Source: an uncultured Clostridia bacterium
GTDB taxonomy: Bacteria; Bacillota; Clostridia; Oscillospirales; UBA644
Assembly (NCBI GenBank): GCA_948443805.1
Contig: CAOJUB010000008.1
Coordinates: 5,622 to 69,621, forward strand
Length of the DNA stretch: 64,000 nucleotides
Direction: 5' to 3'
The notes below the pieces were generated by a model that was not told the origin of the DNA, ran no database searches, and saw only the letters and a list, made by a program, of their open reading frames with translations. Positions within the stretch are counted from its first letter, which is position 1; the number at the start of each line of letters is the position of its first letter. Below, in pieces: positions 40,393-51,365 of the stretch. A program made the position numbers and the translations under genes.

Positions 40393-41363
40393 ATATCAAA
40401 TTCCTTATACAGTGACAGAACCGTTTCCTCAATGCTTTCCCCCGTCACGCTGATATCTTTGACTTCAACGGTCGAAGATATCGCAGAAACAGCCTGAGAA
40501 ACCGATAACACAACGGTATTGACCGAAAGTACGGCATGTCCGGGAAGATTTTCAATCAAATCTGCCGCAGGGGGAACGGCAAAGGCATTGCCGGTATAAT
40601 CAACCGTGAGGATTTTATAGGTTCCGTGCCGTTTTTTCAGCTCGGCAAGCGTACCGTCCAGCAAAACCCGCCCCTTCCCGATCAGCAAGACCCGTTCGGT
40701 CAGGGCTTCGATATCCTGCATATCATGCGTGGTCAGAATCACCGTCGTTTTTTCCTCCCGGTTCAGCGTTTTGATAAAATCCCGCACGGCGATTTTAGAA
40801 ACAGCGTCAAGGCCGATCGTCGGTTCATCCAGAAACAGGATTTTCGGATTATGCAGCAGCGAAGCCGCAATCTCGCACCGCATCCGCTGCCCGAGAGAAA
40901 GCTGCCGCGCCGGCGTTCTGACAATCTCGCCGAGATCCAGCAGTTCCGTCAGCCGCGCCAACGTTTTGCGGTACTGCTCAGGATCGATTTTATAAATATC
41001 GCGAAGCAGTTCAAAACTGTCGGCAACCGGAACGTCCCACCAAAGCTGCGAACGCTGCCCGAAGACCACGCCGATCTCTTTTACATGCGCCACCCGGTCT
41101 TTCCAGGGGATGCGCCCGTTAACCAGACAGGAGCCGCTGTCCGGCGTGAGAACTCCGCTCAAAATCTTGATCGTGCTGCTTTTTCCTGCGCCGTTCGGCC
41201 CGATATAGCCGACCATTTCACCGTCTTTGATCGTAAAAGTCACGTCCTGCAAAGCATGAATATCCGTATATTCTTTTTGGAACAGCGCTTTTACCGCCTT
41301 TGAAAAGCCGGCGCTTCGTTTGGCAACCCGGAAAGTTTTCGTAACGTTTTTCATTTCAATCAA
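40389..41363 (-). CDS. ABC transporter ATP-binding protein
   Basis: GPNGAGKS, LSLGQRM, LDEPTIGLD. TTG start chosen. Confidence 0.92.
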   Translation of the reverse strand: MIEMKNVTKTFRVAKRSAGFSKAVKALFQKEYTDIHALQDVTFTIKDGEMVGYIGPNGAGKSSTIKILSGVLTPDSGSCLVNGRIPWKDRVAHVKEIGVVFGQRSQLWWDVPVADSFELLRDIYKIDPEQYRKTLARLTELLDLGEIVRTPARQLSLGQRMRCEIAASLLHNPKILFLDEPTIGLDAVSKIAVRDFIKTLNREEKTTVILTTHDMQDIEALTERVLLIGKGRVLLDGTLAELKKRHGTYKILTVDYTGNAFAVPPAADLIENLPGHAVLSVNTVVLSVSQAVSAISSTVEVKDISVTGESIEETVLSLYKEFDI

Positions 41364-41794
41364 TCCAAACAGCCCCCTTTCTTTTGGGAAGAAAAAATCC
41401 GCTGTTAAAAAACAAACGGATTTCAGATAAATATATCGAGGCAAAAAGAATAGCATAATTTTTTTACAAAATTTTGACATGTCCGGATAAAAAAACAAGA
41501 AAGAACTATGATATCCCGGAAAACGGCTTTCCGAAAAACAAAAATTCACAAATTTTTTCGATTTTCACAGGAAAACACAACATCCTTCCCCTCCCGAAGA
41601 TCCAGGAATTCTTTTCATTTTTCTGAAAACCGACGGAAAAAGGTTGCAATTCGCTACTAATTATGATACTATAGAAAGGAATTATTCGTTTGGCAACCGA
41701 TAGTTGCGGAATTGAAAACCAAAAGGTATAGACTCCGGTTTCTTTTTCTGATACAATAGTCTCATCCAATTTGAAAAAACGGAGGAAACGAATC

Positions 41795-42754
41795 ATGAAA
41801 CGTGAAATTGCAGACAGACTCTATACATTCCGGAAAAACAGCGGTCTCTCACAGGAAGAGCTGGCAGAAAAAATCGGCGTATCGCGGCAGGCAGTTTCCA
41901 AATGGGAACGGGGAGAAGCCTCGCCGGACACTGAAAATCTGATTTTACTGGCCAAAACCTACGGCGTTTCGCTGGACGAACTGATTCTGAGCCGGGAAGA
42001 GCCGAAAAAGACGCAGAAAAACAGCGGCGCCCGGCAGGACGAGACTCCGGAAAAAAACGCCGGAGAGAAAAACCGGGATACGGAAAAGGATTCCGGCCGG
42101 CCGGCAGAAAATCCGGAAGATTCCGTTTCGTTTCAAAACGGAATCCACGTCAATGCAAAAAACGGCGACAAAGTCAATATTGACGGCTCGGGCATCCATG
42201 TTGAAAATCACAACGGCGAAGAAGTCCATGTAGACTGGTCGGAAATTCGTATAAACAATCCGGCCCGCGTGGCGGAAAAAAGCGTTTCGCCGCTGCATTC
42301 CTTTTTCAAACACTTCCCCTATCCGCTGCTGGCAGCGACGGCTTATCTGGCTTTCGGCTGTCTGAATATCTGCGGCGGCTGGGCTTTCGGCTGGCTTATT
42401 CTTCTGACCATTCCCCTTTATTATACCGCGGTAAGCGCACTTTTCCATCGCAACGCCATGTTTTTTGCTTACCCGGTTCTCGTTGCCATGATTTATTTAT
42501 GGTGCGGTTTTACCTTCGAACTCTGGCATCCGCTGTGGATTCTTTTTCTGACAATCCCCCTTTATTATACCGCGGTAAGCGCTATTACCCGTCGCAACGC
42601 CATGATTTTTACCTACCCGGTGCTACTTGTCATTATTTACTTATGGTGCGGATTCGCCTTTGCACTCTGGCATCCGCTGTGGATTCTTTTCCTGACGATC
42701 CCGGTTTATTATTCACTCTGCAAAATGCTGCAAACATTTCGCGCCGGGAAATAA
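41795..42754 (+). CDS. XRE-family HTH regulator with C-terminal membrane domain
   Basis: LSQEELAEKIGVSRQAVSKWERGEASPD, an acidic linker, then repeated hydrophobic units. Confidence 0.85.
   Translation: MKREIADRLYTFRKNSGLSQEELAEKIGVSRQAVSKWERGEASPDTENLILLAKTYGVSLDELILSREEPKKTQKNSGARQDETPEKNAGEKNRDTEKDSGRPAENPEDSVSFQNGIHVNAKNGDKVNIDGSGIHVENHNGEEVHVDWSEIRINNPARVAEKSVSPLHSFFKHFPYPLLAATAYLAFGCLNICGGWAFGWLILLTIPLYYTAVSALFHRNAMFFAYPVLVAMIYLWCGFTFELWHPLWILFLTIPLYYTAVSAITRRNAMIFTYPVLLVIIYLWCGFAFALWHPLWILFLTIPVYYSLCKMLQTFRAGK
42400..42712 (+). repeat. 144-bp (48-aa) tandem duplication, about 2.2 copies
   Basis: TTATACCGCGGTAAGCGC at 42421 and 42565. CTCTGGCATCCGCTGTGGATTCTTTT occurs twice. Confidence 0.9.
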
Positions 42755-42809
42755 AATGCAGACAGAATAAAAAAAGAAGAAGAAAAAATAGAAAGGATAC
42801 TTCCAAGTC

Positions 42810-43277
42810 GTGTATACCATTGAACCTTTCCGAAAAGAAAACGCAGAAACCATCGCCGCATGGTGCCGGGGTAAGGGAGAGACTTTCCTTTATCAGTGGG
42901 GCGTTGACGATTACCGGTATCCGCTGACCGCAGAACAGATCGAAACCCGTCTGCGGCAGGGCGCTGAAATTTTTCAGGTCACCCAAAACGGAGCCCTCAC
43001 CGCAACAATCGAAATTCTCTTTTCGAAAAAAACAACCGCTACGGCAGGAAAATTTCTGGTCGATCCCAGCCGGACGGCAAAAGGCGTCGGCAGCGCAGTG
43101 ATGACCGCCTTCCAGCAATACTGTAAAGAAACCCTCGGTTTTTCAGCCCTCAGCATCTACGCCTTCGATTTTAATCTGCCGGCGCTGAAATGCTACCAAA
43201 AATGCGGATTTTCCCCGGTTGCAAAAGAAACCCGCAAAAACGGCATGACGGCAATTTTACTGACGGCGGAACTGTGA
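42810..43277 (+). CDS. GNAT family N-acetyltransferase
   Basis: FLVDPSRTAKGVG, NLPALKCYQKCGF. GTG start. Confidence 0.8.
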   Translation: MYTIEPFRKENAETIAAWCRGKGETFLYQWGVDDYRYPLTAEQIETRLRQGAEIFQVTQNGALTATIEILFSKKTTATAGKFLVDPSRTAKGVGSAVMTAFQQYCKETLGFSALSIYAFDFNLPALKCYQKCGFSPVAKETRKNGMTAILLTAEL

Positions 43278-43359
43278 CCGTTTTTTTTTCGGCTTTAAGG
43301 CAAGCAGGGCTGATACCGTCGATACTTTTATGTTCACATAAAAAGGAAAGGGCATAACA

Positions 43360-45084
43360 ATGAAAAAACTATGGGTTCATTTAAGAGAATATACCAGGGA
43401 ATGTATCCTCGGCCCGCTGTTCAAACTGCTGGAAGCCACCTTCGAATTATTGGTTCCGCTGGTCATCGCCGCCATCATCGATGTTGGCATATTCAACGGA
43501 GACAAGCCCTATATTTATAAAATGTGCGCTTTGCTGGCAGGGCTGGGAATTGTCGGGCTGATCAGCGCGCTGACCGCGCAGTATTTTGCGGCAAAAGCGG
43601 CCGTCGGCTTCTCGGCTTCCCTGCGGCATTCCCTGATGGAACATCTGCAGGGACTCGGCTATGCGGAAATCGACACTCTCGGAACCGCCACCATGATCAC
43701 CCGGATCACCTCCGACGTCAATCAGCTGCAAAACGGCGTGAATCTGGCGCTGAGGCTGCTGCTCCGATCGCCCTTTATCGTGTTCGGCGCAATGATTATG
43801 GCCTTCACAATCGATTGGCAGGCGGCGCTTGTTTTCGTTGCGGTAATCCCCCTTCTCTGCGCTGTGGTGTTCGGCATTATGCTCTGGTCGATTCCCCGTT
43901 ATCGAAAAATTCAGCAGAAACTTGACGGACTGACCCGCGCCACCAGAGAAAATCTGAACGGCGTCCGCGTTATCCGTGCCTTTCGGCGGGAAAAACAAGA
44001 AACCGGAGAATTTCAGAAAAAAAACGATACGCTGACGCGGACCCAGCAAATGGTAGGGAAAATTTCCGCCTTAATGAATCCTGCAACCTATGTATTGATC
44101 AATGCCGCGGTGCTTGTGCTGATCCAGGTCGGCGCGCTGCGGGTCAACGCCGGAACCCTGACGCAGGGAGAAGTGATCGCTCTTTATAATTATATGAGCC
44201 AGATTCTGATCGAACTGATTAAAATGGCCAATCTGATCATTACCATGACCAAAGCGGCCGCCTGCGGAAACCGGATAGCCGAAGCGCTGGAAATCCAACC
44301 CGGTCAGCAAAACGGAACCGAAAAACCGGAAAATAAAACGGGAACCGTCGTTTTTTCCCACGTCAGCATGGCCTATCATTCCGGCCGGGAAAATTCGCTG
44401 AGCGATATTTACTTTACGGCCGAAGCCGGGCAGACCATCGGAATCATCGGAGGAACCGGCGCCGGAAAAACCACGCTTGTCAATCTAATCCCCCGCTTTT
44501 ACGACTGTTCCGAAGGGACGGTCTCGGTTGACGGAACCGACGTGACAAAATTTGACGCCGAAGAATTGCGGAACAGAATCGGCATCGTTCCGCAGAAAGC
44601 CATGCTGTTCCACGGAACGGTTCGCAGCAATCTGCTCTGGGGAAACAAAAACGCTTCCGACGAAGAACTGTACGAAGCGCTGAAAACCGCGCAGGCAGAA
44701 GATTTTATCAGGGAAAAACAAGGGCTCGACACCAAAGTGGAACAGGGCGGGAAAAATTTTTCCGGCGGGCAGCGGCAGCGCCTGACCATTGCGCGCGCCA
44801 TGGTCAGAAAGCCGGAAATTCTGATTCTTGACGATTCGTCTTCCGCCTTGGACTATCTAACCGACGCCAATCTTCGCCGGGCTATCCGCAGCGCTGAAAA
44901 TCCGCCGACGACCTTTATCGTATCCCAGCGGACGGCTTCGGTAAGAAACGCTGATAAAATCATTGTTCTGGACGACGGGAAGGCCGTTGGTATGGGCGAT
45001 CATGAAACACTGCTGAAAACCTGTCCGGTCTATCAGGAAATCTATGATTCACAGTTTTCCGGAAAGGAGAACGCCAATGACTGA
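43360..45084 (+). CDS. ABC exporter, fused TMD-NBD (heterodimer subunit 1)
   Basis: GGTGAGKT, FSGGQRQR, LDDSSSALD. Confidence 0.93.
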   Translation: MKKLWVHLREYTRECILGPLFKLLEATFELLVPLVIAAIIDVGIFNGDKPYIYKMCALLAGLGIVGLISALTAQYFAAKAAVGFSASLRHSLMEHLQGLGYAEIDTLGTATMITRITSDVNQLQNGVNLALRLLLRSPFIVFGAMIMAFTIDWQAALVFVAVIPLLCAVVFGIMLWSIPRYRKIQQKLDGLTRATRENLNGVRVIRAFRREKQETGEFQKKNDTLTRTQQMVGKISALMNPATYVLINAAVLVLIQVGALRVNAGTLTQGEVIALYNYMSQILIELIKMANLIITMTKAAACGNRIAEALEIQPGQQNGTEKPENKTGTVVFSHVSMAYHSGRENSLSDIYFTAEAGQTIGIIGGTGAGKTTLVNLIPRFYDCSEGTVSVDGTDVTKFDAEELRNRIGIVPQKAMLFHGTVRSNLLWGNKNASDEELYEALKTAQAEDFIREKQGLDTKVEQGGKNFSGGQRQRLTIARAMVRKPEILILDDSSSALDYLTDANLRRAIRSAENPPTTFIVSQRTASVRNADKIIVLDDGKAVGMGDHETLLKTCPVYQEIYDSQFSGKENAND

Positions 45085-46819
45085 ACGGAAAAAAGACACG
45101 CTGAAAAAAGTACTTAAAAAAATCAAGCCTTATTCGGCAGAAGTCCTTGTTTCTTCTCTCCTCACCCTGGTATCGGTCGCCCTGACGCTCTACGTTCCGA
45201 TCCTGATCGGAAAGGCCATCGACCAAATGATCGCGGCCGGGAAGGTTGATTTTGCGGGAATTTTCCGCATTCTCATCCAAATTGCTCTCTGCGTCGGCGG
45301 AACCGCGCTTTCACAATGGATCATGAACGTGCTTAACAACCGGGTCACCTTTCAGGTGGTCAAAGACCTGCGGAACGAACTCTTTTCACACCTGCAGACC
45401 CTCCCGGTACAATATATCGATGAAAATCCGAGCGGAGAGATCGTCAGCCGAGCCATTTCGGACGTCGATCAGTTTTCCGACGGTCTTCTGCTTGGCTTTA
45501 CCCAGCTTCTTTCGGGCGTCGTTACCTTGATCGGAACGCTGATTTTCATGTTCTCCATCAACTGGGTCATTGCGCTGGTCGTTGTCTGCGTGACTCCGGT
45601 CTCTTTTCTCGTCGCAGCCTTTATCGCGAAAAAAACCCATTCGATGTTCCGCCTTCAGTCCGAAACCCGGGGAGAACAGACCGCCTTAATCGATGAAGCG
45701 ATCGGTGACCTGAAAACCGTTCAGGCATTCGGGCAGGAAAAAAACATGCTTGCCGCTTTCGATGAAGTCAATCAACGGTTGAAACGCTGCTCTCTGAAAG
45801 CGATTTTTTTCTCAGCCACGACCAATCCCGTCACCCGCTTTATCAATGCGATGGTCTATGCCGGCGTACTGCTTGCCGGAACCTTTTCGGTTCTTTCGGG
45901 AACGTTAACGGTCGGCGTTCTGTCCAGCTTTTTAAATTACGTAAACCAATATACAAAACCGTTCAATGAAATTTCCGGCGTTCTCACCGAACTGCAGAAC
46001 GCTATCGCCTGTGCGGAGCGGGTCTTTGATCTGATTGAAGCGCCATCGCAGACGCCGGACGCAAACGATCCTGATCCCGAAAAACTGATAGAGGGAAAAA
46101 TCGATATCAGAAATGTTGCTTTTTCCTATAATAAAGAAAAGAAACTGATTCAGGATTTTAATCTTACGGTACAGCCGGGTCAGAAAATTGCAATTGTCGG
46201 CCCTACCGGATGCGGAAAAACCACCATGATTAATCTCCTTATGCGTTTTTATGATATCGACAAAGGCGAGATCCGGATCGGCTCGGAAGAAACGCGAGGC
46301 ATTTCCCGGGAGAAACTCCGCGCCGGCTTCGGTATGGTTTTGCAGGAAACCTGGCTCAAGGCAGGAACCATCCGGGAGAATATTGCGTTCGGCAAACCCG
46401 GCGCAACCGAAGAAGAAATTATCGCCGCGGCAAAAAAAGCCTATGCCGACAGTTTCATCCGCCGGCTGCCCCAGGGATACGATACCGAAATCGGGGAATC
46501 GGGCGGCGTTCTCTCACAGGGACAAAAACAGCTATTATGCATTGCCCGCGTTATGCTCTGCCTGCCGCCGATGCTGATTCTGGACGAAGCCACCTCTTCG
46601 ATCGACACGCGGACAGAGATGAAAATACAGAAAGCATTCGACCGGATGATGCAGGGACGGACATCCTTTATCGTAGCGCACCGCCTGTCAACCATCCGGA
46701 AAGCCGATCAAATCCTTGTAATGAAAGAAGGAAAAATCATCGAACAGGGCTCGCACGAAGAACTGTTAAAGAAAAACGGGTTTTACGCCGAACTGTATCA
46801 CAGCCAGTTCGCCCGCTAA
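45077..46819 (+). CDS. ABC exporter, fused TMD-NBD (heterodimer subunit 2)
   Basis: GPTGCGKT, LSQGQKQL, LDEATSSID. Confidence 0.93.
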   Translation: MTERKKDTLKKVLKKIKPYSAEVLVSSLLTLVSVALTLYVPILIGKAIDQMIAAGKVDFAGIFRILIQIALCVGGTALSQWIMNVLNNRVTFQVVKDLRNELFSHLQTLPVQYIDENPSGEIVSRAISDVDQFSDGLLLGFTQLLSGVVTLIGTLIFMFSINWVIALVVVCVTPVSFLVAAFIAKKTHSMFRLQSETRGEQTALIDEAIGDLKTVQAFGQEKNMLAAFDEVNQRLKRCSLKAIFFSATTNPVTRFINAMVYAGVLLAGTFSVLSGTLTVGVLSSFLNYVNQYTKPFNEISGVLTELQNAIACAERVFDLIEAPSQTPDANDPDPEKLIEGKIDIRNVAFSYNKEKKLIQDFNLTVQPGQKIAIVGPTGCGKTTMINLLMRFYDIDKGEIRIGSEETRGISREKLRAGFGMVLQETWLKAGTIRENIAFGKPGATEEEIIAAAKKAYADSFIRRLPQGYDTEIGESGGVLSQGQKQLLCIARVMLCLPPMLILDEATSSIDTRTEMKIQKAFDRMMQGRTSFIVAHRLSTIRKADQILVMKEGKIIEQGSHEELLKKNGFYAELYHSQFAR

Positions 46820-46893
46820 AACCGTTTAAAAAGCGCCGGCAGACTGCCGGCGCTTTTTCTTTGCAAAGACATTTTGAATTTTTTATTATCGGC

Positions 46894-47018
46894 TTGACAC
46901 CGCTTCCGAAATATGGTATACTGTATGAAATAAAATCTTTGCCCGGTTCTTACAGCCGATAAGGTTTCATATCAAATTCGGATTTTCCCTGATCTTGTCG
47001 GAAGACAAGATTTTTTTT
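46894..47018 (+). promoter_or_regulatory. pyr operon promoter and attenuator leader
   Basis: TTGACA-17-TATACT (46894-46922). Terminator ATCTTGTC-GGAA-GACAAGAT-T7 (46992-47018). 5' stem-loop at 46937-46964. Confidence 0.7.
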
Positions 47019-47059
47019 CGGAAAAGAGCAGCAAAGAAGTACAAAAGGAGAGCAACGGA

Positions 47060-48283
47060 ATGATACTGTCGGAAAGCCTAAAAAAAATTCTGAACCATCA
47101 TCATATTCAGGATTCCGTTTTTACCGAAACGGTTGCTTTCAGGATTCCGGATTCTGAACACTGCGTTGTTATTCCCGGTTTGGCAGATGTACACGTACAT
47201 CTTCGCGAACCGGGTTTTTCTTTTAAGGAAACCATCGCTACCGGAACGGCGGCGGCGGCAAGGGGCGGTTATACGGCGGTCTGCTCCATGCCGAACCTGT
47301 TACCGGTTCCCGATGGAAAAGAATCCCTGAAAAAGCAACGGGAACTCATTGAAAAAGATGCAAAAATCAGGGTTTTCCCCTACGGTTCGATTACCAAAGG
47401 CGAAAAGGGAACGGAACTTTCCGATATGGAAGCGCTCGCTCCGGACGTCGCAGCTTTTTCCGATGACGGAAAAGGCGTACAGAATGAAAAAATGATGGAA
47501 CAAGCCATGCGGAAGGCCAAACGGCTCGGTAAAATCATCGCCGCCCACTGCGAAGATGAAACGCTGCTCAACGACGGCTATATTCACGATGGCGAATACG
47601 CCCGGAAACACGGCCACAGGGGAATCTGTTCCAAAAGCGAATGGGGGCAGATTGAAAGAGACCTTTATCTGGCGGAAAAAACAGGCTGCGCCTATCATGT
47701 CTGCCACATTTCCACCGCCGAAAGCGTTGATTTGATCCGCCGAGCCAAACAGCGCGGCGTCAACGTTACCTGTGAAACAGCGCCGCACTATCTGATTCTG
47801 ACAGAAAACGACCTGCAGGAAGACGGCCGTTTCAAGATGAATCCGCCGCTCCGGACCGAAAAAGACCGAACGGCGCTGATCAGCGGAATTCTCGACGGAA
47901 CCATCGATATGATCGCCACCGACCACGCGCCCCATACCGCTGAAGAAAAAGGCAGGGGACTGGAAAAAAGCCTGATGGGCATTTCGGGTATTGAGACGGC
48001 GTTTCCCCTGCTGTATACCGATTTTGTCAAAACCGGAATTTTTCCGATTGAGAAATTGCTGGCGCTGATGTCGGATAATCCCAAAAAACGGTTTCAGCTC
48101 CAAACCGGAACAGATTTTACCGTCTTTGATCTCGGACAAGCCTATCCGATCGATCCCGACAACTTCCTTTCACAGGGAAAAGCCACGCCGTTTACCGGGA
48201 AAAAAGTTTTCGGCAAATGCAGAATGACCGTCTGCAACGGAAAAACCGTATGGTTTGAAAAAAAGCAGGATTCAGAAAAATAA
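47060..48283 (+). CDS. pyrC: Dihydroorotase
   Basis: DVHVHLREPG, HVCHIST, KMNPPLR, IATDHAPH. Confidence 0.95.
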   Translation: MILSESLKKILNHHHIQDSVFTETVAFRIPDSEHCVVIPGLADVHVHLREPGFSFKETIATGTAAAARGGYTAVCSMPNLLPVPDGKESLKKQRELIEKDAKIRVFPYGSITKGEKGTELSDMEALAPDVAAFSDDGKGVQNEKMMEQAMRKAKRLGKIIAAHCEDETLLNDGYIHDGEYARKHGHRGICSKSEWGQIERDLYLAEKTGCAYHVCHISTAESVDLIRRAKQRGVNVTCETAPHYLILTENDLQEDGRFKMNPPLRTEKDRTALISGILDGTIDMIATDHAPHTAEEKGRGLEKSLMGISGIETAFPLLYTDFVKTGIFPIEKLLALMSDNPKKRFQLQTGTDFTVFDLGQAYPIDPDNFLSQGKATPFTGKKVFGKCRMTVCNGKTVWFEKKQDSEK

Positions 48284-48312
48284 ACGGCGAAAAAGCAGAA
48301 ACGGAGGAACCC

Positions 48313-49047
48313 ATGCAGCAAAAACAGTTTCTTGTAAAAGAAAATAAAAAAATAGCCAAAAACACCTATCAGATTATCCTTCTGGGCGATTGTTCCGCCA
48401 TCAAAAAAAGCGGTCAGTTCGTCAATATTAAAATAGAAGGGCTCTTTCTCCGCCGGCCGATCTCGGTCTGCGATGCGGAGGAAAACCGGCTGACCCTGAT
48501 CTATAAAACGGTCGGAAAAGGGACTTCCTTGCTGGCAGAAGCCCAGCCGGGCGACAAATTTGATCTGCTGACCGGCCTCGGAAACGGATATGACACAGCA
48601 AAAAGCGGCGCGTCTCCCCTGCTTGTCGGCGGCGGCGCCGGCGTCCCGCCCCTGTACAACCTGTGCAAAAGACTCATTGCCGAAGGGAAAAAGCCCACGG
48701 TCATCCTTGGTTTCAACGCCAAAGATGAAATCTTTTATGAACCGGAATTCTCCGCCCTCGGCGCTTCGGTCATTGTAACGACCGTTGACGGTTCTTACGG
48801 AAAAAAAGGATTTGTCACCGATGCTTTTGCCGAAACAGACTATACCTATATCTATACCTGCGGACCGGAACCGATGCTCAAAAGCGTCTATCAAAAGGCA
48901 AAAACCAGCGGCCAGTTCAGCTTTGAAGAAAGAATGGGCTGCGGTTTCGGCGCCTGTATGGGCTGTTCCTGCAAAACGCTGGCCGGAAATAAACGAATCT
49001 GCAAGGAAGGCCCCGTGCTGGAAAAGGAGGAAATCTTATGGCACTGA
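48313..49047 (+). CDS. pyrK: Dihydroorotate dehydrogenase electron transfer subunit
   Basis: LRRPIS, GGGAGVPP, EERMGCGFGACMGC...C. Confidence 0.93.
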   Translation: MQQKQFLVKENKKIAKNTYQIILLGDCSAIKKSGQFVNIKIEGLFLRRPISVCDAEENRLTLIYKTVGKGTSLLAEAQPGDKFDLLTGLGNGYDTAKSGASPLLVGGGAGVPPLYNLCKRLIAEGKKPTVILGFNAKDEIFYEPEFSALGASVIVTTVDGSYGKKGFVTDAFAETDYTYIYTCGPEPMLKSVYQKAKTSGQFSFEERMGCGFGACMGCSCKTLAGNKRICKEGPVLEKEEILWH

Positions 49048-49952
49048 CAAACGTAACGCTGAGCGGCTGGACGCTTGACAACCCGATCATTCCGGCAAGC
49101 GGAACCTTTGGCTACGGCTATGAATTTGCCGAACTTTATGATATCAACTGCTTGGGAACCTTTTCTTTCAAAGGAACAACCAAAGACCCTCGTTTCGGGA
49201 ATGAAACACCCCGGATTGCCGAAACCCCCGCCGGAATGCTCAACGCTGTCGGGCTGCAAAATCCCGGCGTTGATAACGTGATCCGGGAAGAGCTGCCGAA
49301 ACTGAAACAATGCTTTTCCAAAAAAGTAATCGCCAACGTCAGCGGATTCTCCCTGGACGAATATTGTTACACCTGTGAAAAATTAGACCGGCAGGAGCAG
49401 GTCGGCCTTTTGGAAGTCAACATCAGCTGTCCCAATGTACACGGCGGCGGCATGAGTTTCGGAACCTCGCCCGAATCGGCGGCGGAAGTAACCCGGGAAG
49501 TAAAAAAAGTCACCACGAAACCGGTTTATATCAAGCTGTCCCCCAATGTAACAGACATCGTACAAATTGCCAAAGCCTGTCAGGACGCTGGTGCAGACGG
49601 AATCAGCCTGATCAATACCCTGCTGGGAATGAAAATCGATCTTCGGAAAAGAAAACCCCTGCTGGCAAATACCACAGGTGGTCTTTCCGGCAGCGCAATA
49701 TTTCCGGTGGCCGTGCGGATGGTATGGCAGGTCTATCAGGCGGTCGATATCCCCATTATCGGCATGGGCGGCGTTTCCTCGGCGGAAGACGTGCTGGAAA
49801 TAATGATGGCAGGCGCAACGGCGGTGCAAATCGGCGCGGCCAACCTGACCGACCCCTATATCTGCCGGGATATTGTAACAAAACTGCCCGGACTGCTGGA
49901 TCAATACGGAATTCATGATATCAAAGAAATAATAGGAGGAGCGCACCGATGA
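49038..49952 (+). CDS. pyrD: Dihydroorotate dehydrogenase (family 1B)
   Basis: [34 protein letters not shown]. Confidence 0.95.
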   Translation: MALTNVTLSGWTLDNPIIPASGTFGYGYEFAELYDINCLGTFSFKGTTKDPRFGNETPRIAETPAGMLNAVGLQNPGVDNVIREELPKLKQCFSKKVIANVSGFSLDEYCYTCEKLDRQEQVGLLEVNISCPNVHGGGMSFGTSPESAAEVTREVKKVTTKPVYIKLSPNVTDIVQIAKACQDAGADGISLINTLLGMKIDLRKRKPLLANTTGGLSGSAIFPVAVRMVWQVYQAVDIPIIGMGGVSSAEDVLEIMMAGATAVQIGAANLTDPYICRDIVTKLPGLLDQYGIHDIKEIIGGAHR

Positions 49953-50647
49953 ATAAAGACGTGATTATAGCCTGTGATTTCGCCTCCAAAAGCGAAGTCC
50001 TCGATTTTCTCGGAAAATTTACCGAGGAAAAACCTTTTGTCAAAATCGGCATGGAATTATTTTACGCCGAAGGACCGGATATTGTAAAAGAAATCAAACA
50101 ACGGGGGCATTCCATTTTTCTTGACCTGAAACTGCACGATATCCCCAATACCGTAAAAAAAGCCATGGCTGTCCTTTCCCGGCTCGATGTGGATCTGTGC
50201 AACCTGCACGCCGGCGGAACCATTCCGATGATGGAAGCCGCGATCGAAGGCCTGACCCGTCCCGACGGAACGCGGCCGCTTCTGATTGCCGTTACCCAGC
50301 TGACCTCTACCAGCCAGGAACGGATGACAAACGATCTGTTGATCGAAAAACCGATTGACGAAGTGGTAATGCACTATGCGCAGAATGCCAAAAAAGCAGG
50401 GCTGGACGGCATTGTCTGCTCACCGCTGGAAGCAGGAAAAGTGCATGAACTCTGCGGTTCGGATTTTCTTACCGTAACGCCGGGAATCCGTTTTGACAGC
50501 GCATCGGCGGGCGATCAGGTACGGATCACGACCCCTGCGCAGGCAAAGCAGATCGGCTCGGATTATATTGTTGTCGGCCGGCCGATTACCGCGGCGGAAG
50601 ACCCGGTGGCGGCCTACCGCACATGCGTAAAAGATTTTCTCGGCTGA
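49949..50647 (+). CDS. pyrF: Orotidine-5'-phosphate decarboxylase
   Basis: [25 protein letters not shown]. Confidence 0.96.
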   Translation: MNKDVIIACDFASKSEVLDFLGKFTEEKPFVKIGMELFYAEGPDIVKEIKQRGHSIFLDLKLHDIPNTVKKAMAVLSRLDVDLCNLHAGGTIPMMEAAIEGLTRPDGTRPLLIAVTQLTSTSQERMTNDLLIEKPIDEVVMHYAQNAKKAGLDGIVCSPLEAGKVHELCGSDFLTVTPGIRFDSASAGDQVRITTPAQAKQIGSDYIVVGRPITAAEDPVAAYRTCVKDFLG

Positions 50648-50681
50648 TAAAAAGTAAAGATAAAAGAAAGGATCGTCAATC

Positions 50682-51317
50682 ATGAAAGAACTGATAGCAA
50701 AAGATCTTCTGAAAATCAAAGCAGTGTTTTTCCGTCCCAACGAACCGTTTACCTGGGCAAGCGGCATTAAAAGCCCCGTTTACTGCGACAACCGGCTGAC
50801 TCTGACAGCGCCCGACGTCAGAACCGACGTGGAAAACGGTCTGGCCAATCTCATCAAAGAACACTATCCCGACTGCGAAGTTCTGATGGGAACCAGCACG
50901 GCAGGAATTGCGCACGCAGCCATCACCGGGCACCTTCTCGGCCTGCCGATGGGATATGTCCGTTCGGGAAATAAAGATCACGGCCGGCAGAACCAAATTG
51001 AAGGAAAGCTGGAAAAAGGCCAGAAAGTCGTTGTTGTGGAAGACCTGATCTCCACCGGAGGAAGCGTCATCGAAGTCGTCAATGTTCTTCGGGAAGCCGG
51101 TGCGGAAGTGCTTGGCATTGTCAGCATTTTTACCTACGGCATGAAAAAAGGGCTGGAACGGCTCGCCGAAGCCAAAGTAAAGAACATCAGCCTGACGGAT
51201 TTTGATACCATTGCCGAAGTCGCCGCAAAAGAACGGTACATCAAACCGGAAGATATCCAGCGGCTGATCGCATTCCGGAACAATCCTTCCGACGAAAGCT
51301 GGATTTCCGCTCAATAA
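50682..51317 (+). CDS. pyrE: Orotate phosphoribosyltransferase
   Basis: [25 protein letters not shown]. Confidence 0.96.
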   Translation: MKELIAKDLLKIKAVFFRPNEPFTWASGIKSPVYCDNRLTLTAPDVRTDVENGLANLIKEHYPDCEVLMGTSTAGIAHAAITGHLLGLPMGYVRSGNKDHGRQNQIEGKLEKGQKVVVVEDLISTGGSVIEVVNVLREAGAEVLGIVSIFTYGMKKGLERLAEAKVKNISLTDFDTIAEVAAKERYIKPEDIQRLIAFRNNPSDESWISAQ

Positions 51318-51365
51318 ATTCCGTCTTCTTTACCAATGCGCCAAACCGGCAGAATGGAGATTCCG

